Source: Octopus vulgaris (taxonomy: Eukaryota). From it: a stretch of 64,000 bases of DNA. Of this stretch, positions 38,340 through 49,325 are shown piece by piece. The position numbers and the translations under genes are program-made. The notes under the pieces are model-generated. The model worked only from the letters and a program-made list of their open reading frames with translations. It had not been told where the DNA came from and made no database searches. The stretch's first letter is position 1; each line of letters starts with the position of its first letter. Location of the stretch: NCBI GenBank assembly GCA_951406725.2, contig OX597830.1, positions 18,724,001 to 18,788,000 of the forward strand, given 5' to 3'.

Positions 38340-38835
38340 TGCCCACATATGTATATATATATGTATATATCTAAGCATGTACATATGTATGTATGCATAT
38401 AAATATATATATACATACATACATACATACATGTGTATATATATATACACATACATACATGTGTATATATATATACACATACATACATGTATGTGTGTAT
38501 ATATATATATATATATACACACATACATACATGTATGTATGTATGTATGCATGGGTGTATGTATGTATACATACATGTATAAATACATACATACATGTAT
38601 AAATACATACATATATAAATACATACATGTATACATATATGTATATATATGTATGTATAGATGTATATATATATATGTGTATATATATGTATGTGTATAT
38701 ATGTATATGTATGCATATATATGTGTATGTATGCATATATGTGTATATATGCATATATATCTATATATGTATATGTACATATATATATGTACATATTTGT
38801 GTATGTTTGTACATAAATATATATTCATACATATA

Positions 38836-38882
<47 letters not shown>

Positions 38883-38900
38883 ATATGTGTGTATATGTGT
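38340..38900. repeat. ~560-bp compound (TA/TG/CA/ATAC) microsatellite
   Basis: Direct inspection; source of the many YI/CV-rich spurious ORFs. Confidence 0.95.
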
Positions 38901-39269
38901 CAAGCACACATGGATACTGCATCCTTCACAACTGCTTTGCTTCTTGAAATTCACCATCAGCACACCTGATGCCTAACTCCACCCATCTTTTTGCCTAGAA
39001 ACTCATTCACTCTTCACTTCCTGTACACTATTCTATGTATTGTTCATTTGCTTATTTTTCTCATAATTTGTGGTTTACCTGAGCATTATATACAATAATT
39101 TCATTACATACTCACTCACACACACACACACATATACATGCATGTGTGTGTGTGTGTGTACCTGTGTGTGTTTCACATACTAATTTTCACCTAAAATTTT
39201 CTAACAGGTCTTAGACCATATTTATATTTTGGCTGCTGCCCTAATTATCATTGTTGTTGTTTTTCCCAG

Positions 39270-39377
39270 GTAACCGTCGGTGTAATGGTCACACGCAACT
39301 GACGATATCTGATTTATCAAATAAAATACCACAGATTAAGAATAATCCACAACACAAAAGGATAGCTGACCTAACAG
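39270..39377 (+). CDS. Gli: Gli coding exon o (108 nt, phase 1/1)
   Basis: ttttcccag acceptor, CAG/GTAATT donor. Open frame NRRCNGHTQLTISDLSNKIPQIKNNPQHKRIADLT in unique sequence. Confidence 0.72.
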
Positions 39378-39394
39378 GTAATTAATACTCTCTC

Positions 39395-39955
39395 CCTCTC
39401 TTTTACTTGTTTCAGTCATTTGACTGCGGCCATGCTGGAGCACCAACTTTAGTCAAGCAAATCAACTCCAGGACTTATTCTTTGTAAGCCTAGTACTTAT
39501 TTTATCGGTCTCTTTTGCCAAATTGTTAAGTTACGGGGGGCGTAAACACACCAGCATCGGTTGTCAAGCGATGTTGGGGCGGACAAACACAGACACACAA
39601 ACATATATATATACATATATATGACAAGCTTCTTTCAGTTTCCGTCTGCCAAATCCACTCACCAGGCTTTGGTCGACCCGAGGCTATAATAGAAGACACT
39701 TGCCCAAGGTGCCACGCAGTTGGGACTGAACCGTTGTATATATGTGTATATGTTTGTGTGTCTGTGTTTGTCCCTCCAACATCACTTGACAACCGATGCT
39801 GGTGTGTTTACATCCCCATAACTTAGTGGCTTGGCAAAAGAGCCCGATAGAAAAAGTACTAGGCTTACAAAGAATAAGTACTGGGGTCGATTTGCTTGAC
39901 TAAAAAAGGCGGTGCTCCAGCATGGCCATAGTCAAATGACTGAAACAAGTAAGAG
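39395..39955. mobile_element. Inverted pair of CORE-like SINE copies forming a long hairpin
   Basis: - copy at 39395-39732 directly joined to a + 3' half at 39735-39955. Confidence 0.85.
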
Positions 39956-39988
<33 letters not shown>

Positions 39989-40340
39989 TAATATATGTTT
40001 AAGTGTGTGTGTGTGTATACACAGATGCACGGATACATGTAACACATTTGATACCTAATAGAGTGTAAATATTTTTCCCAAATAATATCTACACTCACAG
40101 AGTGGTTGGCATTAGGAAGGGCATCCAGATGTAGAAACATTGCCAGATCAGACTGGGCCTGGTGCAGCCTTCTGGCTTCCCAGACCCCAGTTGAACCGTC
40201 CAACCCATGCTAGCATGGAAAGCGGACGCTAAACGATGATGATGATGATTACCCCAGAAAATCAATCGGGGTCAGAATTTAGGTTACTGGCAAATGGCAC
40301 TTCAAGAGGGGCCTACCAAAATTTAGGTGTGCATGACTAT

Positions 40341-40381
<41 letters not shown>

Positions 40382-40457
40382 TGTGTATGTTGAGATGTCA
40401 TTATTTTAAAAATATTGATTATTTAATATTATTTTATATTTTACTCTTGTTTTTCAG

Positions 40458-42766
40458 GTCGTCAAGAACTTTATACCACTTTGGGTAACCCAGCAGTTCG
40501 CAGAGACAGCAACACGAGCAGCACAAGTTCCTACATGAGCAGCATGCGATCTGAAAACAGCCCGTATCCCTATGGAAGCGTGGGCAGCCAGTTTTCTAGT
40601 CGGAGGTCAAGTGACTCTTCACAGCTTTCTACTCACCTCAGCATCACAAATTCTCCTTATGAGTACGACATCACTGGGAACTTGCCAATGAGTTCGCGTC
40701 GGTCGAGCGGTGAGTGCAGCAACATTGGTAACATGACGGCACAGCTTCAGAAAGCGTCTCTTGGGAGCCAGACAAATCTAATGAACAGCAGCAGCCTGAA
40801 GAACAAATACCAAAATGAGAGGTTGGCAAGGTTCTTTGCCACAAGACGGGAGAATGACGGAGCAAGAACAAGCACACCTGCTCGAACACCTTTGCCTCAT
40901 GAAATACCTAACCGGGAAATCAGAAGAGCAAGTGACCCCGTCCGTACTGCAGATCCAAATTTTGCTGCACTGAAGTCACTGCAAAGGTTCCACAGTTTGA
41001 ATATGATGCGACCCCTTCCAATACCGAATAACATGAGGAGCCTGCTGAGTAAGACAGACTCCATGAACACGTTTAACTCTTCTCGAAGTAGCATTGCAAC
41101 AGATTACAGCATTGCTGAGGACCAGGAGAGTGGTATTGGGGTTGCCATGGATACCGTTGATAACGAAGCATTATTGGAAGAAAATATGCTCGAAGATAAC
41201 GAAGACATCATCATTCCAGATGACATGCAGAAGTTCTTGAATGAACGTTATGGTGTTTATTCCATATTTCCTCTTAGCAACGGTTATATAAATGGTGGTA
41301 CAGGTGACGGCAACGAGATGGCTAACGTTGCCAATGGCAACAGTAATAATAATAGTAACGGTAATGGCAGAGATGTGAACATCTCTCCCATGCATGCTCC
41401 GTCACAGCATTATATGACCAATCAAAACACAAATCACCAGACATCAAACACATGCTCCTCGCAGAATAACAGTGCACAAGGACAGGTGTATGGTATGGGC
41501 CAGAACTATCTCGGCAATAACCTCAATCAGGGAATGGCCTATTCTGCTGAACAAATTATGGCAATGACAGGTAACAATAGTACCAACCCCTCACCTGCTG
41601 CAATGCAAGCAAGTATGGCTCAAATACAACGATGGAATGCTGCAAACCAGAATTTTAACCAAAGCAATAATGGAACTTTACCGGCAATCTCAGGAAACTC
41701 TGCCCCAGGAACGCCATCATATGGCATGAACATGGCAAACCTTCAGCAAAACTCAGGTGTTCTTGATCAGAATCTCATAACTCAACCTCTCAATAATCAA
41801 TGGATTATGTCTCAAGGAAATAAACCTGGTATGGAATCGCGGAACCAGCAGCAGCAACAACAACAACAACAGCAGACTTATGGTAGTTCTTCTCCGAATA
41901 ATATTCTCAAACTACCGTCTCTCCCAACTCAGAAACAAGAACGGAAAAGTCCGCAGGTTCAAGTGCCTCACATTAGTCAATCACAAATCCCAGCTCGAGC
42001 GAAGGCCATAAATCGGAGCCAACACAACGTTAGGCAACAACTACAACAACAACAACAGATGCTGTCTAATAACCGCAGCAGTGTTCCACCCCAACAACAA
42101 GGAATATATAACACTTCAAACCCTTACAACCAACCTCTACCTAATGTTCACTCAAACTTATATGTGCAGCAGCAACAACAACAACAGCAGCAGCAACAGC
42201 AAGCTACTAATGCTACTGGTTGCCTGCAGCCACATCCACCACCTGGTCCCCCACCACCAGCTAATTATGCACCAAGCACTAATCTAATGTCATCGTCCAC
42301 ACAGCAGCAGATTGCCCCTGTGGTCCCTTCTACAGTGATGTACAATCAAAGTCAAACTAATCCGTCTGTCTCAGCCCTTCTCGGTCGACCAAGCTGCCAG
42401 CTCGGAAGTGAACAGGTGCAAAATTCCTTCCCCAGTACCCTTGAAATGTCACCGGGTTGTAACCAGGTGACAAGCTCAACAGACAAGGCTAGAAACCCTT
42501 CAGAGCCCCCTATTGAAGATTTCATGGACAATATAAACTCAATATCAACAGAAAATTTGATAGACAATATCACATCTTTATCAGCAGAAAATAATAACCG
42601 CCATCTTCTTTACAGTCCGTCTAACTTGCCCAACAGTCGAATGTCCCAAGCCTCTCGCTATACAAACATGTCTCTACTGAGTACCGACAATATGGTAGTC
42701 AATGATATGAGCTCAGTCCTGACTCAGTTAGCTGAAGAAAATAAGTTCCTTCATATGAGGCCTTAA
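40458..42766 (+). CDS. Gli: Gli terminal coding exon: PKA/CK1/GSK3 cluster, Q/N-rich activation region, C-terminal helix, stop TAA
   Basis: ttttcag acceptor at 40457 leads into the 761-aa ORF. Contains RRDS, RRSS x2, RRASDPVR, acidic EDIIIPDDMQKFL and NMVVNDMSSVLTQLAEENKFL. Confidence 0.96.
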
Positions 42767-44776
42767 TTTTAAAAAAAGAAATAATAATAATAATAATCAA
42801 AAAAGTTACAGAAACAAAAGAAAAAATGCTCAGCCCTTTTTATTTGGGTCCTTTTTCTATGTAATATGAGCTCATTCATACATATGAGTTCTGTGTGTGA
42901 GGCCTCAATTTGTAAAAAAAATACTCAGTTCTACTAATTTGTCTTACAGTCAAATGTTTCAGGCCTCTCCTAGCTTCAACATATCTCACCAACATACTAA
43001 CTACAATACATGATGGTCATGGATCGAAGCTCTCTGTTCACTGAGTCTTCTGGTTTTTGACTAATTTCTTGTGAGAAGAAATTAGTAAAACAAAAAACAA
43101 CAAACCCCCCCCCACAAGTCATAATGTTATTGACAAAGCAATTGGATTCTGATTGGTCGGTTTTTTTTTCTCTCAATTTTTTTTTTTCTTTGTCCCCTTA
43201 CACAGTTTTTGCTTTTGTTAATTTCTCCCTCCACTTATTTTTTTTCTCCATTTTGCATGATATTTCTCATCCTATCTTTTTTTCTACGAAGGGCAAAGTG
43301 CTACCATGCAATTAAATCTTTGCTCATTACAGGCTCATAATTGTGCAGAATCACCTAAACGGTATTCGATTTGGTGCAGGAGTAGAGCTCTTGACTGAAC
43401 GACCTTATATTGATCTTGCATTTCTTGGATTGGTCACTACACAGTACAACACAATCCAAAGGTCAAAGGTCAAAAACTACAATGGAATTTTGAACTCTGA
43501 ACTATATTCTATTCATCAGTAATGCTATCTCTCAGTACCTGTTAAAAGATTTAAACCCCAAAGTGATTCAAAGCAGGGTTACATAAAGCATTGAACTGGA
43601 GGATCACTTCACTGTTTCTCAATCAGAAGCTAATGGTTTCAAGTTCAAATCCTACCAAAGTTAATTCTGTCTTCCATCATGTTGGGATCAATGAATTAAG
43701 TCCCAGTTGTGTCTACTGGAATAAAGATAAAAATTTATGACAGTTAAGAGGGATTACTTCTTTCTACCATGGAGTAAAAGTCAAAGTAAGGTGTCACATT
43801 ATTCTTTGTGGTGGCCATCATTGCAACCATTTTTTTAATGACCATTTTCTAACACGTTTCATTCATTTGTTTGTTTCCAAGATTTTGTTTTGTGTTTTAT
43901 TTTTTAAAAAAGTGATTATGTATGTGTATGTGTGTTTGTGTGTGTGTGTGTGTATACGTTTGTACATGTGTTTTTGTTTGTTGTTTATATGTGTGTAAAT
44001 AACGATTTTCTCAGGTTATAGAAAAGCGAAAACGTAAAATGATGTTTTCCATGATTGTATTAAGAAAAAACAGAAGAGATTACCTCCCCCACCACCACCA
44101 CCACCTCCTGAAAAATCCTTTCCAACATCCCTAAAATTGCCCCTTGCAACATCACTTTTTAACCCCCCCCCCCGCCATGCAACATTATTTAAAATATTCT
44201 TTACAATACCATTTAATATCTCCCTGTAGAACCACACTCCAGTATGTCCCAACATTGTTTTAACCCAAAAACATTCAAACTAGCCATATCCAATCCAAAT
44301 ACTCCCCACCACTGTTTTATGTTCAAACTGGCCTGATCTAACCTCTCGCACCTACCCTACAATGCCATTCTAAAAATAGACAATAACATTATCAAAATCT
44401 CCGAGCTTTGAGACAATACATGATTAATTAAAAACAATATGAACAGATAAGCTTTACATTTGGCAGCGTAATTTGAACGCTAAAGGGTTAAAATGCCCTC
44501 TTTGGGAAACCACCGAAAGCTTCATACTCTCACAAAGACTCATTAGAATATGTACTGAAGTGGCTTCACTTGTTGCCCTTTTCTGGCCCACTGAATGATT
44601 TGAGCTCAGTATTACAATCTAATGAAATTTCTCATACATATATATATATATATACAAGATACAAGCATGGTTAGAAAGTTTAATTTGTAAACCATAGGAT
44701 TTCAACTTCTGTCCCATCCATTGAAGTAAGTGTCTCCTACTATAGCACAAGCTGCATGGAAACCTATCATAAATAT

Positions 44777-44834
<58 letters not shown>

Positions 44835-44927
44835 ATAAGAGTAGAAATTGATATTATTAAATAATATCAATTTCAACCAGTGGTCAGCTTACTTAAAAAA
44901 CGTCCAAAGACCGTGAATTATATTTAA

Positions 44928-45455
44928 ATATAAATAAGAGGAGAGATCACTAAGTGGATCCCTTCTATGCTAAAAATAGACGTCAAACCATCCTACCATG
45001 AAATCTGTGTTATCAAATTAGCAAGATGCTAGATGTTTATGAGCTCGACAAATGAAAAGAAATAAACATAGCACTTAATTCCATTCCTTAAGGTTTCAAC
45101 AAGAACGATTTAATAATTGTCTGAGTCTCTTCAGTGAAATCGGTGCTGACACAACAATGGAACTGGACACCACCCGTCTCCATGAGAGGATGCGAATGTA
45201 TAGAGTTCCAATATCATTTATTGTAACTTTGATTCAAACGCCCTCGTACTAGTGCGCTAAGCCAGAAAATAACTGCAATGAATAAGATTCAGCAGTGAAT
45301 CAGCTGGCAACAGAACACAAATATTTGAAATTAAATAATAAGAGTAATAATAAGCATCTTGCTAATTTGAGAATACAGATTCCGTGGTAGGATGGTTTGA
45401 CATCTATTTTTAGCATACAAGGGATCTACTTAGTGATCGCTCCCCTTATTTATAT
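44928..45455. mobile_element. Element with ~100-bp inverted arms enclosing a hammerhead-like motif
   Basis: 44928-45030 is the reverse complement of 45352-45455; hammerhead-like motif at 45078-45140 (-). Confidence 0.75.
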
Positions 45456-47289
45456 ACATATATATATATATAGGGAGAGTTTACACAAAAGACGAAGACA
45501 GGTAGTGTACAAAACAAACAGATGTATTAGTATAACGCTTAGGAATTGAAAAAGTCCTTTACATTTCGAGCCTACGCTCTTCTACAGAAAGGGACACAGA
45601 AAAAACTAGGAGAGAAAAATATGTGTAGTGGCTAACGATCTATCATGGCGACTGATATATATATATATACTGGCCAGCAATTATTTAATGGCGGTGCCCC
45701 AGCATGGCCACAGCTCATAAGCTGAAACTGGAAAAATCAAATCATATATTAATCAGCAAGAGTTTTCAGGCACTGGTCAATGCATAAAAACTTTTGGCCG
45801 TTGAGTCACTGTAATTTTTGCTGATTAATAATAAAAAATATATACTCAACTTCTGAGTTCTGTTTCCTGTTTGTATCACAAACACCCTTTCAGGTGGTGC
45901 TCCAGCATGGCTACTGTCAAACGACTGAAACAAATAAAAGAATATATATATTTATAGGTGCAGGAGTGGCTGTCTGGTAAGTAGCTTGCTTAACAACCAC
46001 ATGGTTTCAGGTTCAGTCCCACAGCATAGTACCTTGAGCATGTGTTTTCTACTATAACCTCAGTAGTGATTTTGGTGAGTGATTTTGGTAGACAGAAACT
46101 GAAAGAAGCCCATCGTATGTATATGTGTGTGTGTGTATGTATGTTTGTATGTCTATCTGTCCTCCCACCATCGCTTGACAACAGATGTTGGTGTGTTTAC
46201 GTCCCTGTAACTTAGTGGTTTGGCAAAAGAGACCGATAGAATAAGTACTAGGCTTACAAAGAATAAGTCCTGGGGTCAATTTGTTCGACTAAAGGCAGTG
46301 CTCCAGCACGGCCGCAGTCAAATGACTGAAACAAATAAAAGAATGAAAGAAATATATTACACACATGTATGTGTGTGTGTTCGTGCATGTGAAGGCACAT
46401 GGCTTAGTGGTTAGGGTATTCAGCTCCTGATCAAAAGGTTGTGAGTTCAATACCCAACAGTGTTTTATGTCCTTGAATAAGACAGTTTATTTCACATTGC
46501 TCCAGTCAACTCAGCTCGCAAAACGAATTGTGCCTATGTTTCAAAGGGCCAACCTTGAGAAGGGTTCACGTGTCTGTGGTGTGCTTGTCCACTTGCATGT
46601 TAATTTCATGAGCAGACCGTTCCATTATGACAACAAGGGTTCCAGATCAACTGGAATCCTTATCGTCATAACCACCAGAGTGCTAGTTCTGTGTGCATGA
46701 ATGTTCATTCACTCGTGTCTTCACATTGACAGTGCATGGTGGTGGCAATATGTTTATGTTTCGCCCATAAACTATACCCCCTATAGCCCTGCAATTTTCA
46801 ACATGTGGAGGCCTGTGGGATAAAAGTCACAGTATCGACCAGCCTATCAGATATTGTTATACATCACTGGTCACAATGTGCTTCACATTTTTTTAGCTTA
46901 CAAATGATGCCACCCTACTGGCTAGGCAGGCGGGCCAACATTCCTGCTGACCTGAAGGTTAGTCCATTGCAAGGTTACCCCATTTGCAGTTGAGTGGGCT
47001 GGAGCGATGTGAAATGAAGTGTTTTGTTCAAGAACACAATGTACCATCCAGTCTGGGATTCAAACCCTTGATGATCTAGCTATTGTGAGTGTAGTGCCCT
47101 AACCACTAGACCATGTGCTTTCACATGGGATAAAAATATTGTACGTATGAAAAAAACAATAAAACAGTTAAAGATCAGTAACATGAAGGGTATCAGGCTA
47201 TAGAATACTGTTTTAATAAATTGCTTCCAACTCATACTAGCAGAGAGAAAACAGATGTAAAAATGAGGGTAATAATGCTGGTGATGAGT

Positions 47290-47676
47290 GGATGGAAGCA
47301 CTCTGTCGGTTACGACGACGAGGGTTCCGGTTGATCCGAATCAACAGAACAGCCTGCTCGTGAAATTAACGTGTAAGTGGCTGAGCACTCCACAGACACA
47401 TGCACCCTTAACGTAGTTCTCGGGGATATTCAGCATGACACAGAGAGTGACAAGGCCGGCCCCTTGAAATACAGGTACAACAGAAACAGGAAGAAAGAGT
47501 GAGAGAAAGTTGTGGCGAAAGAGTACAGCAGGAATCACCACCATCCCCTGCCGGAGCCTCATGGAGCTTTAGGTGTTTTCGCTCAATAAACACTCACAAC
47601 GCCCGGTCTGGGAATCGAAACTGCGATCCTATGACCGCGAGTCCGCTGCCCTAACCACTGGGCCATTGCGCCTCCA
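47290..47676 (-). mobile_element. Full-length tRNA-derived OR-like SINE with alternative 3' tail
   Basis: tRNA head (ggtttcgattccc B box), tail shared with 18975-19290 and 46388-46685, flanks ctg(g/a)tgatgagt. Confidence 0.8.
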
Positions 47677-48410
47677 CTGATGATGAGTACCTGATGGCTG
47701 ACTTTGATCACTGATTGCGGCTAAGCTGGTTGAGACAGAAGACTGAATGTTTTTGCCAAAGACACATGATAGTTCTAGTGATAGAACAAAAGTCAATAAT
47801 GCTTTGCACGTTACAATTTCTTATGGTTCTCCCAACCTCTAACGATATGGTCTGCTGTGCCAGTCTGATAATTAAATATCCAATGAAAAATTTCTATCAA
47901 ATATATAATATAAGCAAAATGAAAAGAAGACAAAAATGGCCCTTATTTTTTTATCATTATTCCTTTATTTTTGTGTTTATCTACATCACTATAGTGAAGA
48001 CACGTGGCTTAGTGGTTAGGGGTGTTGCACTCACAATTATAAGGTTGTGGTTTCAATTCCCTGACCAGGCACAGTCACTTAACATGCTAAAAATTTTTAT
48101 CTTGCAGTACAAACTAATGTTTGGTGCAGATTTGACTTTTGTTTCAGTTTTATCAATATCTCTCTGTTTTACCTTAGTATACTTATGTAGGGACACTGAC
48201 TATGGTGGAACAGGTCTCTTTCATGGTGCCTTAGCTTTGGAGTCAGTGGCTACAGACACAGTTTCAAGTTAAGATATGTTCTCAGTTGAATTAGCATCAA
48301 ACAGTCAAAGCAAGTGTCTACTAATATCAACACAACAATCTTTGAGACACTTCCATCATAGCTGTTGAAGCAATATCTCAGTTTTAAAGGAGATACATCA
48401 CATTTGTGCA

Positions 48411-48737
48411 TCTCTCTATATATAAACGGCAAAATGCCGTTAGAGGGCTCGCACTTTCTATGGTCATTCAAAACTGTCCAAGGGTGGTCGTGCACATCTT
48501 TACATTTCCCCAGTCACCCTGCAAAGCCATTAAAAAATCAATAGAAGTGACTTTTTTGTGGATTTTCTATCCAAAACCCAATCAAAATGCCCGAAAGTTG
48601 ATACGCCAATTGAATGCCAGCTAGCGGTATGTGATTGGTCGGAGATTTGGACAGTACTCGTGTGTATGTGCGCACGCACGCAGCTGTATATGCATGCACG
48701 AGCACCATGACCCAGCAACACCGGGTCATAGTGCTAG
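48411..48737 (+). mobile_element. Non-autonomous Helitron
   Basis: Inserted A/T: starts TCtctctatatataaa and ends with hairpin gcaccatgaccc...gggtcatagtgc plus CTAG; no TSD. Confidence 0.7.
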
Positions 48738-49125
48738 TGTTATATAAAGCAACTGAAAGGAGTTGGCTACATGTAAGGCATACAGTCATTAAACACTGCC
48801 TTAGAATACCCATGCACCCAATGATGACAGCATAGATAAGTGATGTAAAACGATAATGGTGCTGAGGATATACATTTGTATGTGTATGCATGTATACATA
48901 TAAATATATATATAGGTTCAGTAAAATTTAGATTCAGTTGAATATGGTACTAAAGTTAAAGGCATCAGAATTTAGTATGGTATTATCCATATAATTCAAA
49001 ATGGGGTGATTATAATCAAAATAAGCAACAAGGATATCCAGAGGTAATGCAGTACGGTCGCTTAAATGGAGTCGCATGAAACGATCATACTGCATTACCT
49101 CTGGATATCCTTGATGCTTATTTTG

Positions 49126-49163
<38 letters not shown>

Positions 49164-49164
49164 T

Positions 49165-49325
49165 TTTCAATTCAATTTATATTGGCTCAAAAAGCAAAAG
49201 CCATATAGGGGGACAGGGAGGGTGGTCATACAAAGAGTTTAGGCCATTTCTGGTCAAGAGAGACTTTGAACCAAGCAGTCATCGGCATCTTCACTATCTC
49301 GTCCGGCAGCTTATTCCACGGATCC
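49165..49325 (-). mobile_element. CR1-clade LINE 3' end
   Basis: RVVDPWNKLPDEIVKMPMTAWFKVSLDQKW is the CR1 ORF2 C-terminal motif; short (ATTGA)n-like tail. Confidence 0.75.

Noticed and set aside
38298-38976. Overlapping 100-220 aa ORFs rich in Y/I/C/V/H/T
   Set aside because: They are translations of a compound dinucleotide microsatellite, not genes.
40481-42766. 761-aa ORF as a stand-alone single-exon gene
   Set aside because: It starts at TTG just after a splice acceptor and is the terminal exon of Gli.
47715-48272. 185-aa ORF downstream of Gli
   Set aside because: Non-ATG start, runs through a SINE head fragment, and has no recognisable domain or splice context.
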